Source: the human T2T-CHM13v2.0 reference genome, Homo sapiens. Taken from it: a stretch of 64,000 nt of DNA. The stretch lies in NCBI RefSeq assembly GCF_009914755.1, contig NC_060940.1. One strand, given 5' to 3'. Below the pieces are notes generated by a model. It saw nothing but the letters and a program-made list of their open reading frames with translations, was not told where the DNA came from and did not search any database. Positions 1 to 10,555 of this stretch are shown piece by piece; the first letter of the stretch is position 1; each line of letters begins with the position of its first letter. The position numbers and the translations under genes are program-made.

Positions 1-689
1 TGGGCAATTATAAAATCTAGTATTATGGGCAATTATAAAATCTAGCATTATTTTTAAATGGTTTGTAACTGCATTTTTAATACAATTTAAGAGACTAACA
101 TATTAAAAAATAGCTTAAAAGCTAGTATTAGTGTAACTTTGGTTTAAATCTTTACATTTTGTCTGCCATATAATTTAAGAGATAAATATATTCAAAATAA
201 TTGCTAGTTTATGCTTTTTTGCACAATGTATAAAGATAATTTTGAGATATCAACAACTGAAAGTGGTGGTAATTGAGCTATAAAGAAGAGTTTTGTTTTT
301 TATTTGAGTTAAGCTGATATAAATTCAAATTTGAGTTTTATAATTTTAGGATGTGAGATTTAATCCCCATGGTAACCACAAAGAAACTATCTGTAAAATA
401 TATACAAAAAAGACAAAAGAATTTAAATGTTGCGCTGCAAAATAGCAAACACACAGGAAAAACAAAGAGTGATGCAGAAAATACAAGACCAAAAAACTAT
501 AAAGCATAAAGAAAGCAGTTAGCACGATGACAGAAATAAGTCCCTCCTTATTAGTAATTAATTTTGATGTAAATGGATTAAACTGTCCTATCAAAAGAGA
601 TTGGCAGAATGAATTTTTAAAAAATGATCCAACTATATTCTCTCTACAAGAGACTCATCTTAGATCTAAAAACACAAGTAGATTGAAAT
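1..689 (+). mobile_element. Old L1M fragment, from upstream of ORF2 into the ORF2 endonuclease start; degenerate
   Basis: 'aatggattaaactgtcctatcaaaaga...gatccaactatattctctctacaagagactcatcttaga' matches the L1 ORF2 N-terminus (NGLN...P..CLQETH). Confidence 0.75.
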
Positions 690-1080
690 GTTGACATATG
701 CTACACCCTGAATGAACCTTGAGGGCATTATGCTAAGTGAAATGAACTAGTCACAAAAAAAGAAATAGTTTATGATTCTGCTTACATAAGATACTTAGAT
801 CAATCACAGTCATAGAGACAGATAGTAGAATGGCAAGTGCCAGAGGGGAGCTAGAAGGGGATAGAGAAAATGAGGAGTTCTTGTCTAATGAGTATAAATT
901 TTAGTTTTAGAGGAACAAAAAAGTTATGGAGATGGATGGTGCTGATGGTGGCACAATATTATGATTGTATTTAGTACCATTGAACTATACGCTTAATATG
1001 GCTAAGATGGTACATTTTGTTATGTGTATTTTACCACAATAAATTAAAATTGAGGGGAAAAAAAGAGAGAGAAAAAAACA
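690..1080 (+). mobile_element. L1MB-type 3' end with A-rich tail
   Basis: 'atgaaccttgagggcattatgctaagtgaaat...tatgtgtattttaccacaataaa' followed by an A-rich tail. Confidence 0.8.
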
Positions 1081-1094
1081 ACAATGTCCAAGGC

Positions 1095-1313
1095 ATCTGA
1101 CAGGCTTTTTAATAATGGGAAAGTCAGCCATTTTGTCCTGTTTAGACCATCAGCTTATTGGATGAAGCCCATTCACAACTGAGAGAACAATCTGCTTTAC
1201 TCAAAGGTGCCCGATTTAAATGTAAATCTCATTCAGAAACACCTCCACAGACACACCCAGAATAACGTTTGACCAAATCTGGGCACCATGTAGCCATAAA
1301 ATTAATCAGCACT
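1095..1313 (-). mobile_element. MLT2 (ERVL) LTR 5' fragment
   Basis: 'aatctgctttactca...acacccagaataacgtttgaccaaatctgggcacc...ataaaattaatcagcac' is the reverse complement of the MLT2 start. Confidence 0.75.
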
Positions 1314-1315
1314 GT

Positions 1316-1379
1316 GGAAGGAAGGATGGATGGATAGACAGACAGATAGATAGAGAGATAGATAGAGAGATAGAGATAG
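1316..1379. repeat. Compound (GGAA)(GGAT)(GACA)(GATA) microsatellite
   Basis: Directly visible. Confidence 0.85.
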
Positions 1380-3648
1380 TGTGTAAGGATGAGATAGGCT
1401 TTATCTATTGCAACATAATTTTTAGATGTGGTCTTGAAAATTTTTCTTGCAGTGACCTTCACCTATATTCTCTTGGCTTTTGTCCCTGATTTCTCTACCT
1501 TTAGATGTGCTACTGCAGGAAACCTTCCTCTGCAGCTCAGCTCCTGGCAGTGTCTTATCAGGAGTGCAGAAGCTCCAGAAAGAAATCAGTGTCCTTAGGG
1601 GAGCAGGTTTGAATAGGATACATTTATTTAGGACAACTTTTGAATGATTGTGAATATCCTCCACAGGCAGGATTCAACCAGCAAGGTCATGGGCATGTAT
1701 TTCTGAGGTCAGCCTGTAACTGAAAGGCTTTATGTTAAGTATAAAAAAAAAGGAGGTGGGGAGGGTAATAATAAGTGTCAGTTAAAAGAGGTTATTTTGT
1801 TTGTTTGTTTGTTCGTTTGTTTTAACAAAGTGAGATGAATCTCCCTAAACCAAGTCAAAGAGGCTTTAAATTTGAACTTTCAAAAAAACAGAAGAGACTA
1901 AGAGGCTCAGGACATCTGTGATAGTCACAATGGACAGCTGTCTGGCTTTTAAAATAATCAAGACTGTGGATGGCAAATAAATCCAGATTCACAACTTAAT
2001 TATTGCATAAACAGTGATTTCCCTTAACCTTTTAAGCTTTAGTTACCTTGAGTATAAAATGAGCCTGGTAATATTCAGTGAAATTTTTCTGAGGATAAAA
2101 TAATATCAGTGCATGAAGTGCTATTACGCAGTGACTAGCACATAGTAATGCTATCTTTCGCTTAAATAAATTGAGGATGATAATAATACCATAAATAACT
2201 GAAGATATAATGATTTGTTTCAATGCAAACTCATCAAATAAGTGACTACATTCAGAGGTCTACAGAGACCATTCTTTTTTCTCTAGAATACTGGGTGGAA
2301 TGGTGAATTAATTCATGAATTAATTCCAAGCAAAATTATAAAGAGGTTGTAAATAAATACATCCATAATAGGTTAAATAGCCAGTAACACTCAGTGTTTT
2401 TATCCCTATTTCTTAACTTTGACATACATTATATACCACAGAATAAAAAATACTGGAACACATAAGTGATTATTGTTCTTAGTTTTTAGAAATCTATGAT
2501 CTAAGTGAGAAGAAAAATATATTCTGACAATGAACTCATTTGAGCATTATTCTAAAAAAGTTTTCTCTTGAATTCTTACTCATAACCTTCACAATGTGCA
2601 TTGTATGTGAATTAAGTTTAATATTTATTTGAACATCAAATCCATTCAAAAGACATTTGTAATGGAAAAACAATATTTATCCCATAAAAGCATGAGGGGA
2701 TACAGTCTCATAAAAAAACTATTTTCCACATAATATATCCTTAGGTAAGACGTAGAGCTTATACATTTCTTCCTTGATGCATATTATTACGTGCTCTTCT
2801 CAAAGGAAACAGATTTGAAAGGAAACAGATTTGAGATTAAAGTCCACAGAAGAATATATATAAAATAGATTATTTTTTGTAACCATTAAATTTGAATAAG
2901 GGATATTTAGTAAGAGAGGAAAAAGTTAACATAAGTGCATAGTTTCATGTAATTTCAGAGAAGTCTTTTAAGAAGTTTTTTAATTTATATTTTTAGTATT
3001 TGCTTAGTGTCATAAAATTAATAAATATCAGAGCAGGTATTTCTACACTATTTTCAATGTTTATGTACTTCTAATCTTGAGGAGGTTTTATGTCTCTGAA
3101 TATATATAATCCCATAAAATATTTTAAAATAAAATTAAATATATGCAATTATAAAATTTTGGAAATTCAAAAAGGGATGGTTTAAAGTATCAGTAACATT
3201 CACTAGAAACTGCTAAAATCTATATTTGTTCTGTGATAACATCATAGTTTTGTTCTTAAGAAACTTGTATAATAATAGAGTGAAATTTTTTATTTTAATA
3301 AGTAAGATTTTTGGAGGCTAATATAGTTTGGGATCATAACTCTTCACTTATTTTTATTCCTGACATAAGTTTAAATAGCACAAATGTTTTGTTATTTCTA
3401 AATGAATAGTTAGGAAACCAAAACATCACTGAACAAATGCAGCTTTATGTTATGTCTATCAGCTGACATAGCTTCTAAAACTTGAATAACAAAATTATTC
3501 CTCACTGAAAGAGGAAAAAAAACAACCTTAAAGCCCATTAGTTGATTTAGTTATTAAATATATGTGAACATAATTTCAGGTATAAAAGTTTAATAGCCAT
3601 TATAAAACTTTAAAAGTGAAACAGGATCATAGATAAAACAAAATTATG

Positions 3649-5345
3649 CATCATACTGAATAGGCAATAGTTGAAAGCTTTTCCCCTAAGAATATGAAGG
3701 AGAAAAGGATGCCCGCTTTTACTATTTCTATTCTATATGTTATTGGAAGTTCTGGTCAGAGTAATCAAGTAAGAAAAAGAAATATAAGGCATCCAAATTG
3801 GAAAAGAGAAAGTCAAATTATCTCTGTTTGTGAATAATATGATTTTATATCTAGGAGAACCTAAAGATTCTACCAAAATATTTTAGATTTAATCAAGTAA
3901 TTTAGTAAGGTTTTAGAATATAAAATCAAAGTACCAGAATCACTAGTGTTTTTATACATCAATAATGATCCAGCTAAGAAGCAACTCAAGAAGGCAATCC
4001 CATTTACGATAACAACAAAAAAAATCTAGGAATATATTTAATCAAGAAGGTTAACAGTCCCTACAAGAATAGCTACAAAACCTGAATGAAAAAAATTATA
4101 GGTGATACAAACAAATGAAAAGACATCCCATGCTCATGGATTAGAAGAATTAATATCGTCAAAGTGACCATATTGCCCAAAGCAATCTACAGATTCAGTG
4201 CAAATAAATCTTTCAAAATACTAATGTCATTTTTTAGAGAATTAGAAAAAAAAATCCTAAAATTCATATAGAACCACAAAACAGCCCAAATAGCAAAAAA
4301 AGTCCTTAGCAAAAAGAAAAAAAGCTGAAGATATCACATTTTCTGACATATTCTACTAAAAGGCTGTTGTAATCAAAACATATTGGTACTGGTATAAAAA
4401 TAGGCACATACATTAATGGACCACAATAGATAACACAGAAAAAAACCCCACATATCTATAGCCAACTGATCTTTGATGAAATAAACAAGAGCATACACTT
4501 GGGAAAGGACAACCTTTCAATAAATGGTGCCAGGAAAATTGGGCCACCAGATGCAGAAAAATTAATTCGGACCCCTATCTCTCACCATAAACAAAAATCA
4601 ATGCAAGATGGATTAAAAACTTAAATATAAGACCTAAAACTACAAAAATCCTAGGATAAAACCTGGGAACAACTCTTCTGGACACAGGTTTGTGCAAAGA
4701 ATGCATGACAAGGACATCAAAAGCACAGGCAAGACAAACAAAAATAGACACATGAGACTCAATTAAACTAAAAAGCTTTCTTGCACATCAAAGAATAATC
4801 AACAGATTAAACAGACAACCTGCAGAAGAGAAGAATATATTTACAACTATGCAACTGATAGAGGATTAATATCCAGAATTTACAAGGAAGTCAAACAACT
4901 CGACAACAACAAAATAATCCCATTAAAAAGTGGACAAAAGGGCATGAATAGACATTTCACAAAATAAGACATAAAATGACCAATATGAATATAAAAATGT
5001 TCAACATCACTAATCATCAGAAAAATTAAAATCAAAACCACAATAAGTATCATCTTACACCAGTCAGAATGGTTATAATTAAAAAGACAAAAATAACAGA
5101 TGTTTGTGGGCATAGAAAGAAAAGGGAACTCTTATACACTGTTGATGGAAATGTAAATTAGTACAACCTCTGTGAAACAGTATGGGCATTTCTTAATGAA
5201 CTAACATAGAACTATCATTTGTTCCAGCAATCCCACTGCTGGGTAGCTACCCAAAAGAAACTCATTGTATCTAAAAGATGCCTGCATTTGTATGTTTATT
5301 ATGACACTATTTGCAATACTAAAGATATGGAATCAACCAAAGTGT
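3649..5345 (+). mobile_element. L1PB-like ORF2 3' half, 5'-truncated and degenerate
   Basis: Continuous L1 ORF2 homology, e.g. 'ggcatccaaattggaaaaga', 'catcccatgctcatggattagaagaattaatat', 'caataaatggtgccaggaaaattgg'. Confidence 0.9.
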
Positions 5346-6073
5346 ATTTCCCCATCTCTCCTATTCTATTACAACCACAAACCACTCCAAGTACTCTATT
5401 TGCAAGATGTTCAAATAGTGTGCCCTGACTTGCATGGGACTCTCTGTTCTATCGGTTATGTATCCTTCCTTTTTTCTTTCTTTTTTAAAAATTATAGTAA
5501 GAACCTTTAACATGAGATGTACCCTCTTAATGAATTTTTAAATGTACTATACAGTATTGTTAATTGTAGCCTCAGTATTGTACAGCACATCACTAGAACT
5601 TATTCATCTTGCATAACTAAAACTTTCTATCCAGTGAATAGCAACTACCAATACCACTTTCCAAACAGACTCTAGCAACCTTTATTCTGTTCGCTGCTTC
5701 TAGGAATTTGACTACTCTAGGTATCCTATATAAGTGGAATTATGGTATTTGTCTTTCTGCATCTGTCTTACTTCACTGAGAATAACATCCTTAAGGTTCA
5801 TCCATATTGTCACACGCAGCAGAATTTTCTTCTTTTTAAAAGCTGAATAATATTCCATTGTATGTCTATACCACATCTTGTTTACCTATTCATCTGTCAC
5901 TAAACATTTAGTCTATTTCCATATTTTGACTACTGTGTTTAAAGCTTCAATGAACACGGGAGTTTAAAGAAGACATAATAATGGCCAACAGGTATATGGA
6001 AAGGTGCTCAGCATTATAATCATTAAGGAAATACAAATTAAAACACAATGAGATATCACCTATCATGTTAGAA
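5343..6073 (+). repeat. Local duplicate of 9611-10337 (unique flank plus the L1MB inversion junction)
   Basis: Both copies start 'tgtatttccccatctctcctattctattacaaccacaaac' and end 'aaattaaaacacaatgagatatcacct'; about 7 mismatches in the first ~118 bp by eye. Confidence 0.95.
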
Positions 6074-6765
6074 AAGGGAACTCTTATACACTGTTGATGG
6101 AAATGTAAATTAGTACAACCTCTGTGAAAAGAGTATGGACATTTCTTAATGAACTAAACACAGACCTACCATTTGATCCAGAAATCCTACTGCTGGGTAT
6201 CTATCCAAAGGAAAAGAAATCATTATATCTAAAAAATACCTGCACCTGTATGTTTATTACAACACTATTAGCAATACTAAAGATATGGAATCAACCAGAG
6301 TTCATAAATGAATGATTAGATTAAAAATGTGGCATATATACACAATGGAATACTATTTAGCTATAATGAATAATGAAATTATGTTGTTTACAGCAACACA
6401 GATAGAACTGGAGACCATTATTTTAAGTGAAACAAATCAGACACAGAATGACACATACTGCATGTTCTTACTTCTAAGTAGGAGGTAAATTATGTATACA
6501 CATGGATGTACAGAGTGGAATAATAGAAATGGATAGAAATGATACAAATGGATAGACATGATAGAGTGGAATGGTGAGAGGGTTGGAGGGGAGTGGATGA
6601 TGAAAGATCACTTAAGGTGTACAATTTATATTATTTGGGTGATGGATACCCTAAAAGCCCTGACTTTAGCCACTACATAATCTGTGCATTTAAAAAAATT
6701 ATACTTGTACCCCATAAATTTATGCAAATTTATACATAAAACCCCATAAATTTATACAAATTAAA
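6070..6765 (+). mobile_element. L1PB-like 3' end; the first ~230 bp repeat 5118-5345
   Basis: L1PB-type 3'UTR 'gatggataccctaaaagccctgacttt...cttgtaccccataaatttat'. Confidence 0.85.
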
Positions 6766-7568
6766 TATTTATCAAATAGATCATTAATCTCATGTGAAGG
6801 ATGAGGTTATGTATAGTAGTTTAACTCCTGTTTTCGACTGAGTGCATGATACAGGCATTTTTCTTTGAATTCTGCATGACTATGCTATGTGAACCTTGTG
6901 ATGACTCAGGTTGTAAGCCACTTTTCTATGTTTAAATTGCAGTGAAATCTTCCTTATTACAAAATACAGAGATCTCAGTTTGCCTTCACTGAATGCAAAT
7001 GCAAAACTTAGGTTTCATTTTCCAATTAACTTGAAAAAAGTAAATAAATAACAAACAATTACTATCTGGTACCCACACAGATAGAGCATTACAAATTAAT
7101 AACAAAATAAAACATACATAGTAACACATTTTTCATAAATTCTGCTTAATAGATCATTTAAGGATTCCTGTATACCAATAATTTCTAGAAAATCTCACCA
7201 TTGAATAACCATTTAACTTTATGTAATTTAGCATTTTCCAAACTTCTGTTTTTAAACCACAGTGTCCTTAGTAACATATCTAGCAACACAGTCGACAATT
7301 GCTATATTAGGCTTTCAATTAATTTTAAAAAGCACTTTTATATAATTGTTCCTATTTAAAATGTATTATTTCAAGCATCTTGTTCAGCTAATTATAGTGA
7401 ATACCAACGATGAAAAAAATATTAAGTGCATGAAATTAAGTAAATACAGCCAGTGGGAAGCAATGAGAACTTACATTTTTCTCTTTTTCTTCTTCTTTTT
7501 ATGAAAAAATAGCCTGCTGAATTTAAATTAGTGAGTAAACAGGGTATTTTTATCTTCATACTTTATCA

Positions 7569-7614
7569 TTGTAAAATATTAATTTTGCCTGTTGTAAAAT
7601 ATTAATTTTGCCTG
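7569..7614. repeat. Perfect 23-bp tandem duplication
   Basis: 'ttgtaaaatattaattttgcctg' occurs twice. Confidence 0.95.
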
Positions 7615-8532
7615 AACCTAGAATATTTAAAAGTGTTTTTTTTTGGTCAAATTTGATAGTCTAAATAAGGAAGTTTTGAAGAATTTAAGTGTATTGGCAG
7701 TTGTGATGGGGGCAGGGAACTATATATCCAACAATAAAGTTCTATTTTAATAAATGTTACTTTAGTGCTATTGATGAAAAATAATTAAGATATGAGGGAA
7801 AAATCAAAAATACAAAGTATATATAGTGGAGTATGTCATTTAACAACAGATATACCACAAAGAAGAGAAGATGTCGGTGACAAGTGATTAGAAATTATTA
7901 TGCGAAGTATGACATACATATTCATATTACAAGAAATAAAGCAGATGCTCAAGAAAGTAAGAAAAAGTCCTGGTGAAAACTCCAAACTATATGACTATAT
8001 GCCCATGTCTGCTTCTTTGAATATCATATCAAGTTATTAGACCTCTCTAGATCTTTTTCTGCTTATGTCCCTCAGACACCAAGGACTTTATCTTGCATAC
8101 AGAACTTTTTTCTAACTTCTCTTACACTGTGTCAGTTCCATATATTTCTTGAGACCCTTTTCAATCTGGGTGCATTATTAAGTGGGGAACTGGAAGAGAA
8201 AATGCTGTCAATTGTACCACTCTCATTTCCGCTTTTATTTTCAAAGTGACATAATTTCTTTTAGACTCTCATCCCTAAAAATTGATACCTGACTACAAAT
8301 AGTCTTCCATGTCACTCGTCTTCACTACCTTAGCTTGTTAATATATTTATGTATGTATTTAAAATATATTTATGGGTACTTTTCTCCACCGCAGGCCAAC
8401 TGCTACCTCAGAGGTTGAAAAGAGAGTGCAAAACAGCAGAAATCACTGATCATGAAATCGTGCATCTAACGTGATCAAAGTTAAGACTGAAATAATGGAT
8501 GCATATAGAAGTAGTAAGAGTGTAGGTGAAAT

Positions 8533-9283
8533 CGTGTCTGGAATTTATTCCTTCTGGTGGGTTCTTGGTCTCGCTGACTTCAAGAATGAAGCCGCGGACC
8601 TTCGCGGTGAGTGTTACAGCTCTTAAAGATGGTGTGTCTGGAGTTTGTTCCTTCAGATGTTGAGATGTGTCCAGAGTTTCTTCCTTCTGGTGGGTTCGTG
8701 GTCTCGCTGACTTCAGGAGAGAAGCTGCAGATCTTCACAGTCAGTGTTACAGCTCTTAAAGGTGGTGCATCTGATGTTGTTTCTTCCTTCTGGTGGGTTC
8801 GTGGTCTCGCTGACTTCAGGAATGAAGCTGCAGACCTTTGGAGTAAGTGTTACAGCTCATAAAGGCAGTGCGGACCCAAAGAGTGAGCAGCAGCAAGATT
8901 TATTGTGAAGAGCAAAAGAACAACGCTTCCACAGCATGGAAGGGAAGGAGCTGCTTGCAGCTGCTGGCCCCTGTGGCCACGTTTTCTTCCCTTTTTGGCC
9001 CCGCCCACATCCTGCTGATTGTCCATTTTACGGAATGCTGATTGGTCCATTTTGCAGAGGGCTGACTGGTGCATTTTTACAGAGTGCTGATTGGTAAGTT
9101 TACAAACCTTTAGCTAGAAACAGAGCACTGATTGGTGCGTTTTTACAGAGTGCTGCTTGGCCCGTTTACAAACCTTTAGCTAGACACAGAGCACTGATTG
9201 GCGCGTTTACAATCCTTTATCTAGACAAAAAAAGTTCTCTAAGTCCCCACCTGAATCAGAAGCCCAGCCAGCTTCACCTCTCA
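8533..9283 (-). mobile_element. LTR12-family (ERV9) solo LTR
   Basis: Ends 'cccagccagcttcacctctca' (reverse complement TGAGAGGTGAAGC); U5 repeats 'gtctcgctgacttca'; U3 CTGATTGG repeats; 4-bp TSD AAAT. Confidence 0.95.
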
Positions 9284-9739
9284 AAATGATGACAGAAATT
9301 TCTTCCTGGAAATGATAATAATATAAGTCATACAGCATTAGTAGGAACTACATTGGCAGAATTTTCAAGAAAGAGGCTGGGGTTTATCCTATAGGTTTGT
9401 TTTACTGGGGGAGTGGGCAGATGTTTATATATATTCATCAAATTGATATAACCTTTATAAAAGCAGAGAAAATTTATGTGGCCCAATTCTAGCCCTGTCT
9501 AATGAAATTACATTAACATAATACAGTAATAGAAAGTTTTTAAATTGACATTATTATATCAAAGTGCATCAAAGTGTGTTTGTTTTACGTATCACAATGT
9601 TTATTAAAACTGTATTTCCCCATCTCTCCTATTCTATTACAACCACAAACAACTCCAAGTACTCTATTTACAAGATGTACAAATAGTGTGCCCTGACTTG
9701 CATGGGACTCTCCTTTCTATTGGTTATATACCATTCCTT

Positions 9740-10229
9740 TTTCTTTTTTTTTTTTAATTGTAGTAAGGACCTTTAACATGAGATGTACCCACTTAAAGAA
9801 TTTTTAGGTGTACAATACCGTATTGTTAATTGTAGCCTCAGTATTGTACAGCACATCACTAGAACTTATTCATCTTGCATAATTAAAACTTTCTATCCAG
9901 TGAATAGCAACTACCCCTACCACTTTCCACACAGACTCTAGCAACCTTTATTCTATTCTCTGCTTCTTTGAATTTGACTACTCTAGGTATCCTATATAAG
10001 TGGAATCACAGTATTTGTGTTACTGCGTCTGTCTTATTTCATTGAGAATAACATCCTTAAGGTTCATCCATATTGTCACATGAGGCAGAATTTTCTTCTT
10101 TCTAAAGGCTGAATAATATTACATTGTATGTTTATACCACATCTATTTATCCATTCATCGGTCACTGAACATTTAGTCTATTTCCACATTTTGACCACTG
10201 TGTATAAAGCTTCATTGAACGCAGGAGTG
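9740..10229 (-). mobile_element. L1MB-type 3' end (3' part of a 5'-inverted L1)
   Basis: Poly-T followed by antisense L1MB 3'UTR 'ctagaacttattcatcttgcataa'. Confidence 0.85.
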
Positions 10230-10230
10230 T

Positions 10231-10555
10231 AAAGAAGACATAATAATGGCCAATAGGTACATGGAAAGGTGCTCAACATTATAGTCATCAAGGAAATGCA
10301 AATTAAAACACAATGAGATATCACCTAACATGTAGAACAACTATGATTAAAAGGATAAGAGAGAGCAAGTGTTGGTCAGGGTGTGGAGAAATTAGGAAGC
10401 TTTGTGCACTGTTGGTGGGAATGTTAAATGGTGCCGCCACTATGGAAAACAGGATGGAAATTCTTTAAAAATTAAAAATATAATTGCCATATGATCCAGC
10501 AATCCCAATTCTGGTATGTGCCCAAAAGAATTGAAATCAGGATTTCAAAGAGATA
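10231..10555 (+). mobile_element. Inverted 5' segment of the same L1MB insertion
   Basis: Sense ORF2 end 'aagaagacata...atgatccagcaatccc...tcaaagagata'; its outer end abuts, in L1 coordinates, the point where 9740-10229 stops. Confidence 0.8.

Noticed and set aside
1-50. 25-bp tandem duplication, with similar short ones at about 2802-2834, 9558-9576 and 19891-19925
   Set aside because: Ordinary slippage duplications with no shared motif or periodicity.
3649-6765. L1 ORF2 (reverse transcriptase) as a CDS; the same applies to 61195-63620
   Set aside because: Many stops and frameshifts, 5' truncation, and no long ORF in the six-frame track.
8540-9225. Regularly spaced direct repeats resembling a CRISPR array
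   Set aside because: They are the intrinsic U5 and U3 repeats of LTR12 in primate DNA, with no unique spacers and no cas genes.
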